This document shows positions 53,131-63,348 of a stretch of 64,000 nucleotides of DNA, piece by piece; position 1 is the first letter of the stretch, and each line of letters starts with the position of its first letter. Made by a program: the position numbers and the translations under genes. The notes beneath the pieces are model-generated. The model did no database searches, had not been told where the DNA came from, and saw only the letters and a list, made by a program, of their open reading frames with translations. The stretch is taken from positions 8,535 to 72,534 of the forward strand of contig JAGWVF010000004.1 of assembly GCA_018971045.1 (NCBI GenBank), written 5' to 3'. This DNA is from Patescibacteria group bacterium (GTDB lineage Bacteria > Patescibacteriota > Minisyncoccia > Phycocordibacterales > Phycocordibacteraceae).

Positions 53131-53975
53131 AGGAGCGTCGAGGTCGCGCACAGAAGCGCGTCGCGGAGCGACGCGCCGGTATCGCGCACCAGCATTTCGG
53201 TGATCGAAAACGGATTGGCTGCGGGCATGACGCGAAGCGTCATTGAAGGCGAGGTAGGGTCGCTATCGATGCGAACAACCTTCCCCAAGGGAGCCATGCC
53301 GAGGCCGAAAACCGTGTCGCCGACGCTGACATTCGCGGCGCGCGCGACCGAGGCAATCAGCGCTCCCGCGCCTGCGCCGACAAGCGAGAGAGGAGTGTGC
53401 AGAGAACCGACCCAGGCAGACGTCTGAACGCCGGGGGAGGAATAGAGCGTAATGCGCGCGAAATCGGCCGTAACGGTCGAGACGACGCCGACGGGAACAC
53501 CCATGCTCGACGTAGCGTTCGCAAGCGCGAATGCGGTCATGCCGAGCTTCAATCCGGTCCGAGTCCCGCCGGCGACAAGAAGCGTGTCATACGGACTTTC
53601 CGGCGGATGAGCGAGCACGTCGACGGGAATCGGTGCGGCGGATAATCCTCCCGGTACGCCGAACAGTGTCTGCAAATCAGACGTTTTCTGAAGCAATGAT
53701 TGATTCTCGAGTGCGAGCTCGGCGTTCTCTCTTTGCAATTGCTCGTTCTGAAGCGCGAGAGCGGCGCGATCGCCAAAACTCGAGAGGAGTTTGTGGCTCT
53801 CGCTCGCGAGCGCTTCAGAGGTTCGCAGTACCGGCGCGAAAAGCTTCCAGAAAAAATTCGGCGCCGCGAGCCGTATCGCGAGCAGAAGCAATACAAAGGC
53901 TAACGCATACTTCCCCCGCGAGAAGCTCCCGGGTGCGAGCAGCGCATTACGCCTCGTTAAGAAAGTCTTCTTCAT
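53127..53975 (-). CDS. mreC: Rod shape-determining protein MreC
   Basis: TM helix; coiled-coil ENQSLLQKTSDLQ; beta-rich C-terminal domain. Confidence 0.8.
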   Translation of the reverse strand: MKKTFLTRRNALLAPGSFSRGKYALAFVLLLLAIRLAAPNFFWKLFAPVLRTSEALASESHKLLSSFGDRAALALQNEQLQRENAELALENQSLLQKTSDLQTLFGVPGGLSAAPIPVDVLAHPPESPYDTLLVAGGTRTGLKLGMTAFALANATSSMGVPVGVVSTVTADFARITLYSSPGVQTSAWVGSLHTPLSLVGAGAGALIASVARAANVSVGDTVFGLGMAPLGKVVRIDSDPTSPSMTLRVMPAANPFSITEMLVRDTGASLRDALLCATSTLL

Positions 53976-54999
53976 CGATAAAGAAATCCGCAAAAGGCTC
54001 CGGATTTTCCGTCACGATACCGGCGCCGCGCACCACCGATGAAAGCGGATCGGGCGCCACGCGCACCGGCACCCCGAGCATTTTGGCGAGAATCTGCGGC
54101 AAGCCGCGCAGAAGCGCTCCCCCGCCGAAGACGGTAACCCCGCGCTCGAGTACGTCGGAAAGGATCTCAGGCGGCGTTCCTTCGATCACCTCTTTCATCG
54201 TGTCGAGGAGCGCGTCGAGCGACGGCGCGAGCGCTTCGCGAATGTGCGCGTCGGTGAGCGTTATTTCGCGCGGCAACCCGGTCGCGAAGTCGCGCCCGCG
54301 AACGGTGTGCGACAGAGAATCGGGCTGCGGCGTCACGGCACCGATGGCAATCTTCACGTCCTCGGCCGTGCGTTCTCCGATTCCGAGTTTGAATTCGCTT
54401 CGAACGAAATCGATGATGTTTTCATTGAAACGATCGCCCGCCACTTGAGAGCTCTTCGCGGCAACGACGCCTTTCAGAGCGATGATGGCGATGTCAGTCG
54501 TGCCGCCGCCGATATCGAGCACCATCGTGCCGACCGCGTCGTGCACCGGCAGCTTACTGCCGATGGCCCCGGCGACCGTCTCTTCGAGAATAATCGTCTC
54601 GCGCGCGCCGGCGTTCTTCGCGGCATCGCGCACGGCGCGGCTCTGAACGTTCGTCACTCCGGTCGGCACTCCGATCACCACGCGCGGGCCAAAGAGCCGT
54701 ATTCGGCCGTTCTGCGCTTTGTTGATGAGATAGGTCAGCAGTTCCTGCGTCACCTCAAAATCAGAGATGACCCCGTGAGAGAGCGGGCGCACGGTGCGGA
54801 TGTGAGGAGGCGTTTTACCGAGCATCGCTCGCGCTCCTGCGCCAACCGCGACGACTTGGTGCGTTTTGTCATTGACCGCGACGACCGAGGGTTCCGTGAT
54901 CACCACGCCCCGTCCGCGCACGTACACGAGCGTGTTCGCCGTCCCAAGATCGATCGCGATGTCGCTGCTGAAGAGAAGGCTTTTTGAAAAACGCTTCAT
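53947..54999 (-). CDS. mreB: Rod shape-determining protein MreB
   Basis: Actin-fold motifs IAIDLGTANTLVYV, DIGGGTTD. Confidence 0.9.
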   Translation of the reverse strand: MKRFSKSLLFSSDIAIDLGTANTLVYVRGRGVVITEPSVVAVNDKTHQVVAVGAGARAMLGKTPPHIRTVRPLSHGVISDFEVTQELLTYLINKAQNGRIRLFGPRVVIGVPTGVTNVQSRAVRDAAKNAGARETIILEETVAGAIGSKLPVHDAVGTMVLDIGGGTTDIAIIALKGVVAAKSSQVAGDRFNENIIDFVRSEFKLGIGERTAEDVKIAIGAVTPQPDSLSHTVRGRDFATGLPREITLTDAHIREALAPSLDALLDTMKEVIEGTPPEILSDVLERGVTVFGGGALLRGLPQILAKMLGVPVRVAPDPLSSVVRGAGIVTENPEPFADFFIDEEDFLNEA

Positions 55000-56246
55000 T
55001 GCGGTGCCGCCAGAATTTCCGCGCGCGAGCGCTTCGCGACGGCGCCCGTCGCGCGTTCAACCACCTCGAACAGGCCGGTCGCCGCGGCATCTTTACCGAC
55101 AACGATCCGATAGGGCATGCCGAGCAAATCGCTGTCGGCGAATTTTTCTCCCGCGCGCAAATCGCGATCGTCATAAAGCGTCGCTATGCCGGCCTTCTCG
55201 AGATCGGCATAGAGTTCATCGGCAACCTTCGAAACTTCGTCGCCCGCGTGTCCAAGCGAAACGAGATGATAGCGAAACGGCGCGACGACCGCGGGCCACA
55301 CAATGCCCTTTTCATCCGCTAGCGTTTCGACCAGCACGCCCATAAGCCGCGAAGGGCCGATGCCGTAACAGCCCATCACCACCGGCCGCGAAACGCCCTG
55401 CTCGTCGGCATACGTAAGGCCTAGCTTCTCGGAAAATCGCGTGCCGAGATTGAAGATATTGCCGACTTCGATCGCGCGCCTTTCGACAAGCGAACTTCTG
55501 TGAAGCCCGAGCTTTTCAAGCGAATCATCGCTCATGACTTCCTTATTGACCGCGATACCCTTTGCTTCATCGATATAAATAGTATCTTCACCCGCGTTCG
55601 AGATAGTTTGAAACTCTTCGGAGAATTCGCTGAAAATGCCGCCGGAAGCGAAGGTTAGGTACGTCCAATCACCGATCCCGAGGCGCCGGAATACCTTCCG
55701 GTAAGCCTCGCGCGCGCTCGTATAAAAGTCGGCGTGTTCGACTTCATTGCGCGAGAAAGAGTAGAGATCCTTCATCAGGAACTCTTTTCCGCGCATAATG
55801 CCCGCTTTGGCGCGCAGCTCATTGCGAAACTTGTTTTGGAACTGGTAGGCATACACTGGCAGATCGCGATACGAGGAGATATGCTCCGTCATGATGCGCG
55901 TCAGGGGCTCTTCGTGGGTGATCCCGAGCCCCGTTTCGCCGCCGCTCTTGAAGAGCGTCTTAAACCAAATGTCGACCTTGGCGTCGTCCCAACGATCGGT
56001 GCGGCTCCAGAGCTCTTTGTCTTGAAGCGCGCTCATCACGAGCTCCTGTCCGCCGATAGCGTCCATCTCTTCGCGGATAATCTGAACGATTCGATTGAGC
56101 GTGCGGAGGCCGAGCGGGAGATACGAGTACACACCGGCCATCTCTTTGTGGATATAGCCCGCGCGCATGAGGAGCTGGGCATTCTTTGCGACTTCGTCGG
56201 ATGGCGTTTCTCGCCGCGTCTTGGTAAACAACTGGGAATGTCTCAT
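54996..56246 (-). CDS. proS: Prolyl-tRNA synthetase (short form lacking the INS editing domain)
   Basis: Class II aaRS motifs; 416 aa. Confidence 0.9.
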   Translation of the reverse strand: MRHSQLFTKTRRETPSDEVAKNAQLLMRAGYIHKEMAGVYSYLPLGLRTLNRIVQIIREEMDAIGGQELVMSALQDKELWSRTDRWDDAKVDIWFKTLFKSGGETGLGITHEEPLTRIMTEHISSYRDLPVYAYQFQNKFRNELRAKAGIMRGKEFLMKDLYSFSRNEVEHADFYTSAREAYRKVFRRLGIGDWTYLTFASGGIFSEFSEEFQTISNAGEDTIYIDEAKGIAVNKEVMSDDSLEKLGLHRSSLVERRAIEVGNIFNLGTRFSEKLGLTYADEQGVSRPVVMGCYGIGPSRLMGVLVETLADEKGIVWPAVVAPFRYHLVSLGHAGDEVSKVADELYADLEKAGIATLYDDRDLRAGEKFADSDLLGMPYRIVVGKDAAATGLFEVVERATGAVAKRSRAEILAAPQ

Positions 56247-56327
56247 GCGGCATAGTATACGCCACTTATATATATCGGCAAAAAACGCCGCCGTGTCACG
56301 AGGAAGCGCCTTTGAGCGCCACCTGTG

Positions 56328-57434
56328 TTATCCGATAAGTTTGAAGATATCGTGCGCCGAGACAACTAACATGAGCGGAATGAGGAGCGCGAAGGTAATC
56401 ACATTGATCGCATTTGCAACCTTCGCATGAATCGGGCGGCGAATGATCCCTTCAATGATGACGAACAGGAGGCGTCCTCCGTCGAGTGCGGGGATAGGAA
56501 TCAGATTAATGAGCGCGAGGCTTACCGAAATGATCGCGATGATCGAGAGCAGATTGCCCAATCCCTGCGTGGTGGCGGCGCCCACGAATACGGTGATGCC
56601 GATCGGTCCCGCGACCTGCGAGAGATCCGCGGAAAACGTGAAGATGCCGTAGAAGAAATGAGCGAGGCCTTTCGCCGAGAGCGTAATGACGCCCCAGGTG
56701 AGATTCGCGCCTTCGACAATCGCCTGAAGAAACGGCATCGGCACGACGCCGATTGTGCCGACTTCAACGCCGATGGCGTATCGAGTCGGATCAGAGGGCA
56801 GAAGGCCTCGCGCGGGAATCACCTCTAGCGTCTGCATTTTTCCATCTCGCTTCACGCCGAGGGTAACCGTAGAACCGTTGCTATCGGCGATGTAGGCGGA
56901 GAAGCTTTTTGAATCAGAGGCGCGCCACTTTCCCTGCGCGTCTTTCGCGTCCATAATGGAGTCGCCGGCAAGGAGGCCTGCGCGCATCGCCGGAGACGAA
57001 GGGAGAACATTCGAAACGGCGAGTTCGAGATTGCGCGCCTGCGAGAGCTCCGCATCGGAGAGCGCGCGCGGCGTCCCGGCGATGAGCGCGCCCGTGATCA
57101 GAAGGTAGGCGAACAGAAGATTCATCGAAATACCCGCAATGAGCACGATCGCCTGCAGAACGCGGGGCCGCGCGCCAAAAGCGCGCGGATCCCGATCTTC
57201 CGGCTTTATTTCCTGTTCTGCATCTTCGCCGTAAATCTTCACGAACCCGCCGAATGGCAGCCAGTTGAGCGTGTACTCGGTCTCCCCTATTTTCCCGATC
57301 CTAAGCGCGCGCGGCGGATAACCGAGGCCGAATTCGTCTACTCGCATCCCCGAAAGTTTCGCGGCGATGAAGTGACCGAACTCGTGCACGATGATGAGAG
57401 CGATGAGCGCGGCGCCCGCAACGAGAAACTGCAT
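56328..57434 (-). CDS. rseP: RIP zinc metalloprotease RseP (site-2 protease)
   Basis: HEFGHF (HExxH) motif; PDZ domain; LDGG motif ...ALDGGRLLF. Confidence 0.85.
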   Translation of the reverse strand: MQFLVAGAALIALIIVHEFGHFIAAKLSGMRVDEFGLGYPPRALRIGKIGETEYTLNWLPFGGFVKIYGEDAEQEIKPEDRDPRAFGARPRVLQAIVLIAGISMNLLFAYLLITGALIAGTPRALSDAELSQARNLELAVSNVLPSSPAMRAGLLAGDSIMDAKDAQGKWRASDSKSFSAYIADSNGSTVTLGVKRDGKMQTLEVIPARGLLPSDPTRYAIGVEVGTIGVVPMPFLQAIVEGANLTWGVITLSAKGLAHFFYGIFTFSADLSQVAGPIGITVFVGAATTQGLGNLLSIIAIISVSLALINLIPIPALDGGRLLFVIIEGIIRRPIHAKVANAINVITFALLIPLMLVVSAHDIFKLIG

Positions 57435-57435
57435 A

Positions 57436-57987
57436 CTATTGCGCGATCTCCTCTTCCTTGCGTTCGAGGGCGATCGCGAGCGCTTCGTTTCCGGAATCAA
57501 TGAGCCTTTGCACTTCGACCTTCAGCCGCTTTACTTCATCCTCGCCCATGCCGCCATTCGCCTCAGCGGCGTCGAGCGCTTTGAGCGCGTCAATGCGGTG
57601 CTGGCGAAGCGTTACTTTGGCCTGTTCAGCCTTGTCGCCGGCGATCTTCGAGAGTTGGACGCGGCGCTCGCTCGTAAGCTCGGGGAATGAGATGCGCAGC
57701 CCCTGATCGTCGATCGAGACGCCCACGCCAAGATCCGCGTCAGTGATTCCCTTCTCGATCGCCTTCAGGAGCGCCTTATCCCACGGGACAATACGGAGCG
57801 TGCGCGCGTCCTCAACCGTCACGGAACCGACCTCGCGCAGAGGCGAACGCGCTCCGTACGCCTCGACTTTCATTCCGTCGAGAAGCGCCGGGGTCGCGCG
57901 GCCGGTGCGGATCCCCGCGAGCTCGCGAATCAGCCATTCTTCGGTTTCTTTGATCTTGATCTTCAGAAGCGAGAAGTCGTATGCCAT
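57436..57987 (-). CDS. frr: Ribosome recycling factor
   Basis: LAGIRTGRATPALLDGMKVEAYG. Confidence 0.95.
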   Translation of the reverse strand: MAYDFSLLKIKIKETEEWLIRELAGIRTGRATPALLDGMKVEAYGARSPLREVGSVTVEDARTLRIVPWDKALLKAIEKGITDADLGVGVSIDDQGLRISFPELTSERRVQLSKIAGDKAEQAKVTLRQHRIDALKALDAAEANGGMGEDEVKRLKVEVQRLIDSGNEALAIALERKEEEIAQ

Positions 57988-58016
57988 ATGCCGTATTGTC
58001 GAGTATGCCTTTCAGT

Positions 58017-58694
58017 TTATCGCAAAGGCGAGGGAATGACGAGGGAGAGGTGCTCGAGAATCATCCGCACGGGCGCACTGCGGTCATAGAGGTAGCCGCG
58101 CAGAGTCAATATATCCGACAACGCGGCGGCATGCCTTTCGAGACCTTGGCGAAGTAGCGCCGCCTCGACGCCGTTTAGAAGCGCGATCGCTTCTTCGCGA
58201 TTCTCCCGACGATCATCATCGTCCTTGCCGCTCGCCAGCTTCTTAATAAGCGCGCTGCGCTTCTCTTTACTCGCTTTCAAAAATTCGCTCGCAATGCCGG
58301 AAGCGATGCTTCCCGCATCTGTTGGAGGCGCTGATTCCAACATCTGAATCCGCGAACGCAGGGTCGGCAGAAGATTGCCGAACGACGGCATGATGAAAAA
58401 AAGATACGTGTTTAACGGCGGCTCCTCGAAAAGCTTCAGGAGCGCGTTTTGCGTCTCGTGATACGCGCGGATCGCCGCGACGATCACTACCTTGTTCGCG
58501 CCGCGCATGGGCGCGCCGACCGCATACTCTGCCACTCGCCGCGCGTCGGCAACCGACAACAGACCATAGCGAAGTACCACAATGTCAGGATTGCCTCGCG
58601 CCTCCATCTCGAGCTCTCGCCGCACCCACTCTTCGGCAAGGGCAATGCCCTCGAGTGCTTCAGCTTCGATGCCGTACGCGTGAGATGGGGTCAT
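58017..58694 (-). CDS. holB: DNA polymerase III delta' subunit-like (no Walker A)
   Basis: LLKLFEEPP...LPTLRSRIQ signature; no GxxGxGK. Confidence 0.65.
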   Translation of the reverse strand: MTPSHAYGIEAEALEGIALAEEWVRRELEMEARGNPDIVVLRYGLLSVADARRVAEYAVGAPMRGANKVVIVAAIRAYHETQNALLKLFEEPPLNTYLFFIMPSFGNLLPTLRSRIQMLESAPPTDAGSIASGIASEFLKASKEKRSALIKKLASGKDDDDRRENREEAIALLNGVEAALLRQGLERHAAALSDILTLRGYLYDRSAPVRMILEHLSLVIPSPLR

Positions 58695-59713
58695 TGTTTC
58701 GCCAAAATGCTTTTTTGATACGTGTTCAGGTGCTTCAGCGCGATACCGGTACCGCGAGCGACACAATAATAGGGGTCCGCGGCGAGCTTCGCGACGACGC
58801 CCGTACGGCGATACACGAGTTCGGGCATCTGCCGCAACTGCGAGGATCCGCCGGTGAGAATGATGCCGTTATCGATAATGTCAGCCGCGAGCTCGGGCGG
58901 GGTCTCCTGAAGCACTTTGCGAATCGCCTGCGTCATTTCGCGCAACTCGCGCGATACCGCCTGAACGATCCCATTCGTCGTGATATCAACCGTCCGCGGC
59001 AAGCCTGACATCAGATCGCGCCCTTTTACCGCCATCGAAAGCTCTTCGTTCATCGGTACCGCCGCTCCGACGGTTATCTTGACTTCTTCCGCCGTTTTGT
59101 CGCCAATCGAGAGATTATGCTGTTTCTTTACGTGGTCGACGATCGCGCGGTCGAGCCGATCGCCGGCGCACTTCACGCTCGTTGACGCCACGATGCCGCC
59201 CAGGGAGATCACGGCAACGTCGATGGTGCCGCCTCCGATATCCGCGATCATACGCCCCATCGGCTCGTGAATGGGGATACCCGCGCCGATCGCCGCGAGG
59301 ATCGGTTCCTTCACCACATAGGCGTTCTTCGCGCCCGCCTTCATGGCCGCCTCGATCACGGCCCGCTTCTCGGTCGAGGTAACGCCCGCAGGAACTGACA
59401 CGAGCACGGTCGGTTTAAACGGATTATGTCCCAGTGCTTTTTTCATAAAATAACGGAGCATCGCTTCCGTAACCCGATAATCGGCGATCACTCCGTCTTT
59501 CATCGGCCGGTACGCGATAATATCATCGGGAGTGCGGCCGATCATCTTCTTCGCTTCGATGCCGATCGCGAGAATCTTATTGCGCTGTTTTCCGTTCGCC
59601 CTGCCTACCGCGACCACCGACGGTTCATTGATCACGACTTCTTTCCCGGGCACGAAGACGAGCACGTTGGTTGTGCCAAGATCGATGCCAAGCTTGGGAG
59701 AAAAGAAGGACAT
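58691..59713 (-). CDS. Second MreB-family actin homolog (MreB/Mbl paralog)
   Basis: [22 protein letters not shown]; 340 aa; distinct from the mreB at 53947. Confidence 0.85.
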   Translation of the reverse strand: MSFFSPKLGIDLGTTNVLVFVPGKEVVINEPSVVAVGRANGKQRNKILAIGIEAKKMIGRTPDDIIAYRPMKDGVIADYRVTEAMLRYFMKKALGHNPFKPTVLVSVPAGVTSTEKRAVIEAAMKAGAKNAYVVKEPILAAIGAGIPIHEPMGRMIADIGGGTIDVAVISLGGIVASTSVKCAGDRLDRAIVDHVKKQHNLSIGDKTAEEVKITVGAAVPMNEELSMAVKGRDLMSGLPRTVDITTNGIVQAVSRELREMTQAIRKVLQETPPELAADIIDNGIILTGGSSQLRQMPELVYRRTGVVAKLAADPYYCVARGTGIALKHLNTYQKSILAKQ

Positions 59714-59730
59714 AACGCTATAGTAGCGTT
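59714..59730. promoter_or_regulatory. Inverted repeat AACGCTA-TAG-TAGCGTT abutting the start codon of the second mreB, in the 65-bp divergent region with murA
   Basis: Perfect 7-bp arms separated by 3 nt. Confidence 0.3.
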
Positions 59731-59778
59731 CTCGCTGTCCACGTGCAAAGAGCCGTCCCGCAGTGGTAGGATGGCTCT

Positions 59779-61095
59779 ATGCAAGGGGAAATGAATTTCG
59801 TGATCGACGGCGGCGCGGCGCTCTCGGGCAAGGTCGAGACCAGCCGATCCAAAAACGGCGCCGTCGCCCTCCTCGCCGCTTCCCTTTTGAATCGCGGCCG
59901 CACGACGCTCCATCATGTGCCGAACATCGAGGAAGTGAAGCGTCTCGTCGAGGTACTTGTCTCGATCGGCGTCGACGTCGCGTGGGAGAAATCGAGCGTC
60001 GTGATCACGCCGCCCGAGCATCTCTCGCTCGACGCAATTGACGCGAGCGCGGCGACCCGCACCCGCGCCATCCTCATGTTCATCGGGTCGCTCGTGCACC
60101 TCTTCCCGTCCTTCTCGATCCCGCAGTCAAGCGGTTGTACGCTCGGATTGCGTTCGATTCGCCAGCATCTCTGGGTGCTCGAGAAGTACGGCATCACTAT
60201 CGAGACGCTCACGGACTGCTACCGGGTCACGCGCACGACTCTCGCTCCCGCAACTATTGTCCTCTATGAAGCGAGCGATACGGCGACGATCAACGCGCTT
60301 CTCGCCGCCGCCAAAATCGAAGGCACGACGACGATCAAATACGCTTCGGCGAATTATCAGGTGCAAGAAGTCTGCGGCTTTCTGAGAGCGCTCGGAGTCA
60401 CCGTTATCGGCGCGGGCACCAGTACCCTTACCGTTACCGGCGTTTCCGACATTAATAGAACGATCGAATACGCCGTCGCCGAAGACCCGACCGACGCGAT
60501 GTTCTTTATCACCGCCGCCATTACGACCAGAAGCGAGCTTACCGTCGTCAAAGCGCCGATCGAATTTCTCGAAGTGGAGCTCTTCGTTCTCGAGAAGATG
60601 GGGCTTCGGTATTCGCTCAGCAATGCGTGCGTGTCGGAAAACGGGATCACCAAACTCGCGGACATTCACCTGGCGCCCTCGGAGCTGATCGCATTTCCGG
60701 AAAAGATTCACGCGCGCCCCTATCCTGCGCTCAATATCGACAATCTTCCTTTCTTCGCGGTCATCGCGACGCAAGCGAAAGGAACCACACTGATCCACGA
60801 TTGGTCGTATGAAAAGCGCGCAATTTACTACACTGATCTTGATCGTCTTGGCGCAATCACCAACCTTCTCGATCCGCACCGCATCACCATCGAAGGCCCG
60901 CGCGCGCTTAGGGCGGCTGAGATCATCTGCCCTCCGGCGCTGCGGCCCGCAACCATCATTCTCGTCGCGATGCTCGGCGCCAATGGCCGCTCGATCCTTC
61001 GCAACGTTTACAGCATCAACCGCGGCTATGAGGATATCGCCCACCGCCTTCAAGAACTCGGAGCCTCAATCGAGGCGATCATGGAAGCGGTATGA
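59779..61095 (+). CDS. murA: UDP-N-acetylglucosamine 1-carboxyvinyltransferase
   Basis: N-terminal ...GGAALSGKV..SRSKNGAVALLAASLL; active-site-loop Cys retained (SSGCTLGLRSIRQH). Confidence 0.9.
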   Translation: MQGEMNFVIDGGAALSGKVETSRSKNGAVALLAASLLNRGRTTLHHVPNIEEVKRLVEVLVSIGVDVAWEKSSVVITPPEHLSLDAIDASAATRTRAILMFIGSLVHLFPSFSIPQSSGCTLGLRSIRQHLWVLEKYGITIETLTDCYRVTRTTLAPATIVLYEASDTATINALLAAAKIEGTTTIKYASANYQVQEVCGFLRALGVTVIGAGTSTLTVTGVSDINRTIEYAVAEDPTDAMFFITAAITTRSELTVVKAPIEFLEVELFVLEKMGLRYSLSNACVSENGITKLADIHLAPSELIAFPEKIHARPYPALNIDNLPFFAVIATQAKGTTLIHDWSYEKRAIYYTDLDRLGAITNLLDPHRITIEGPRALRAAEIICPPALRPATIILVAMLGANGRSILRNVYSINRGYEDIAHRLQELGASIEAIMEAV

Positions 61096-61385
61096 AGTCG
61101 ATCGGCGAGATCCTTCCTGATATTAAGAAGAGGGTGTCTGAAACGCCCCAAGGAAGGAAACGCAAGACCGAGCGCGGCGAGCTGATGCGCTTCTTCCTGC
61201 GCCACCTTAATTATTCCCGCAAGCATGACGGTCTCGCGCCGATGACGATGGCCCATCTCGGCACGGTGCTCGAGAAAATTCCCACGAAAGATTTGTACTA
61301 TTTGAAAAGCGTTTGCAGTCAGTCGAAAAATTTCAGCAAAAAGTTCTGGTGGGAGCTCGATCCGACCAAGCATCCGGCGAAATAG
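61092..61385 (+). CDS. Hypothetical small basic protein (97 aa) between murA and def
   Basis: ATGA overlap with the murA stop; no recognisable motif. Confidence 0.35.
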   Translation: MKSIGEILPDIKKRVSETPQGRKRKTERGELMRFFLRHLNYSRKHDGLAPMTMAHLGTVLEKIPTKDLYYLKSVCSQSKNFSKKFWWELDPTKHPAK

Positions 61386-61407
61386 AGAGTATGCTATACT
61401 TCACCAC

Positions 61408-61938
61408 ATGAAAGAAATCGTGCAAGAAGGCGCGCCGATACTGCGAAAAATCGCCGAACCGCTCTCGGAAAAGCTCTTCGGAACGGCGGAGCTCAAGCGA
61501 CTTATCGACGACATGGCCACTGCCCTTGATCAAGAGATCGAGGGAGTCGCTCTGGCCGCGCCGCAGATCGGCGTTCCGTATCGCCTCTTTATCGTGCGCA
61601 GCGACCGAGCCCTGCCGCCGCCGGCCACTGATGAAAAGCGCCTCGCCGCCCTTAAGCCTGAAGTCGAGGTGTACATCAATCCGGAGATCGTGAAGACATC
61701 GCGGAAACGATCTCGAGCCGACGAAGGGTGCCTCTCGGTCCGCGGCGTCTACGGAACCACCAACCGCCATGAGCGAGTTACTCTGCGCGCCCGCCGCATC
61801 GACGGATCGTGCTTCGAACGCTGGGCGGGCAACATCATGGCGCAGATATTCGAACACGAAATGGATCACTTAAACGGAATCCTCTTTATCGACCACGCCG
61901 AGCATTTGGTGCACATTCATCATGCCGCTACCGCCTGA
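61408..61938 (+). CDS. def: Peptide deformylase
   Basis: GVALAAPQIG, EGCLS and HEMDH motifs. Confidence 0.9.
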   Translation: MKEIVQEGAPILRKIAEPLSEKLFGTAELKRLIDDMATALDQEIEGVALAAPQIGVPYRLFIVRSDRALPPPATDEKRLAALKPEVEVYINPEIVKTSRKRSRADEGCLSVRGVYGTTNRHERVTLRARRIDGSCFERWAGNIMAQIFEHEMDHLNGILFIDHAEHLVHIHHAATA

Positions 61939-62761
61939 CCGCTCTTTGGCCTATTTCGGCACGCCTGCGGTCGCCCGCGACACGCTCGCGCTTCTTCTCG
62001 AACGCGGCTTCACGCCGAAGGTCGTGATCACTTCTCCTGACGCCCCGCGCGGCCGCGGACTCGCGCTCACGCCGTCTCCGACAAAGGTATTCGCGAGCTC
62101 GAACGGCATTCCTATTCTTACGCCCGACGCTCTCGATACCGACGCCATCGAACAGATTAAGCGGTATGGATGCGACTACGCTCTCTGTGTCGCGTATGGA
62201 AAGATTTTTCCCGAAGAGCTTATCAGGGTATTCCCGCTCGGCGTGCTCAACATTCACTATTCCCTCTTGCCGAAGTATCGCGGCGCAACGCCTTTAGAAT
62301 CGGCGCTTCTTGCCGGCGAGAGCGAGACGGGAATCACCATTCAGAAAATGGCGGCGGCGCTCGACGCCGGCGATATCATCGCGCAACAAACGACGCCCAT
62401 CGCTCCGTTTGAAACGGCGCGAGAACTGCGTCCGCGGCTCGTCAAGCTCGGCGCGGCGCTTCTCGCCGATACGCTTCCCGCCTATCTTTCAGGCGAGATT
62501 GTTCCGACTCCTCAGGACGAGTCGCGCGCCTCGCGAACGCGCAAATTGAAAAAAGAAGACGGTCTCCTCGATCTCGCCGCGCCCGCGCGCGAAAATTGGA
62601 ATACCTACCGCGCCTTCACCGACTCCATCGGCACGTATGTTATCGAGAACGGGAAACGGATGAAGATCACTGCCGCCTCTCTTCGAAACGGCTCGTTCAC
62701 CATCGAGCGCGTAATCCCCGAAGGGAAAAAGGAAAGAGCATACACGGCTGACAAACGTTAA
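61922..62761 (+). CDS. fmt: Methionyl-tRNA formyltransferase (short, 279 aa)
   Basis: LNIHYSLLPKYRGATPLESAL formyltransferase core. Confidence 0.9.
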   Translation: MPLPPDRSLAYFGTPAVARDTLALLLERGFTPKVVITSPDAPRGRGLALTPSPTKVFASSNGIPILTPDALDTDAIEQIKRYGCDYALCVAYGKIFPEELIRVFPLGVLNIHYSLLPKYRGATPLESALLAGESETGITIQKMAAALDAGDIIAQQTTPIAPFETARELRPRLVKLGAALLADTLPAYLSGEIVPTPQDESRASRTRKLKKEDGLLDLAAPARENWNTYRAFTDSIGTYVIENGKRMKITAASLRNGSFTIERVIPEGKKERAYTADKR

Positions 62762-63120
62762 CGATTGAAACGCAGAATATTTTTAACGGCGAGCCTGCCC
62801 TTCTTCCAGAGCCGGCGAGCGCGGCCGCGCGATCGGCGGATCTCCGATTCAAGTTCGCTCCGCACGCGGTCGGCGGCGCTCTCGGGCGAGGGCTTCACCG
62901 CCTCGGCGTGATACACTTCGCCGCCTGCCGCGAGCCGCGCGACGAGCCGGTAAGGCTCCGAAGAGCGTCCTTCGGCAGGCGCTTGTTCGACCTCGATCTC
63001 GAGAAGCGCGGTCTCGCTTTCGTCGCCGAGAAGGCGCAGGGGCGCGGTCAGTTTCTCTTCTATCACTGCTTCAGCTTCGGGGCTCAATCGATACTTGTTC
63101 GCCTTGATAGTGATGTTCAT
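62758..63120 (-). CDS. hpf: Ribosome hibernation promoting factor / RaiA (short form)
   Basis: MNITIKANKYRLSPEAEAVIEEKL...; S30AE family length and pattern. Confidence 0.75.
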   Translation of the reverse strand: MNITIKANKYRLSPEAEAVIEEKLTAPLRLLGDESETALLEIEVEQAPAEGRSSEPYRLVARLAAGGEVYHAEAVKPSPESAADRVRSELESEIRRSRGRARRLWKKGRLAVKNILRFNR

Positions 63121-63129
63121 GAGAAGAAA

Positions 63130-63348
63130 TTAATGGCTAATACTTACCATTTTAGCCCGAGAACGATGTCCTGTCAGGATGCGCACCTTCCCTGCCGGGA
63201 CACCGAACCGCTCGGCGATAATTTCCCGCACGCGGTCGTTCGCGCGATTCTGAGCGGCGGGCTCCCGAACCGAGATCGCGAACGCGTCGCCATTCTCCTC
63301 GAGCTTCTCCTTTTTCGCCCCCGGAGTTACCAGTACTTTGATAAACAT
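63130..63348 (-). CDS. DUF167 (YggU-like) protein
   Basis: VLVTPGAKKEKLEE...ISVREPAAQNRANDRVREIIAERFGV..GKVRILTGHRSRAKMVSI. Confidence 0.7.
   Translation of the reverse strand: MFIKVLVTPGAKKEKLEENGDAFAISVREPAAQNRANDRVREIIAERFGVPAGKVRILTGHRSRAKMVSISH

Noticed and set aside
56247-56327. Possible terminator/hairpin between proS start and rseP stop
   Set aside because: Only short GCGC self-complementary tetramers and a T6 run without a convincing stem.
60127-61053. 308-aa minus-strand ORF
   Set aside because: Antisense to murA; Arg/Asp-rich junk composition.
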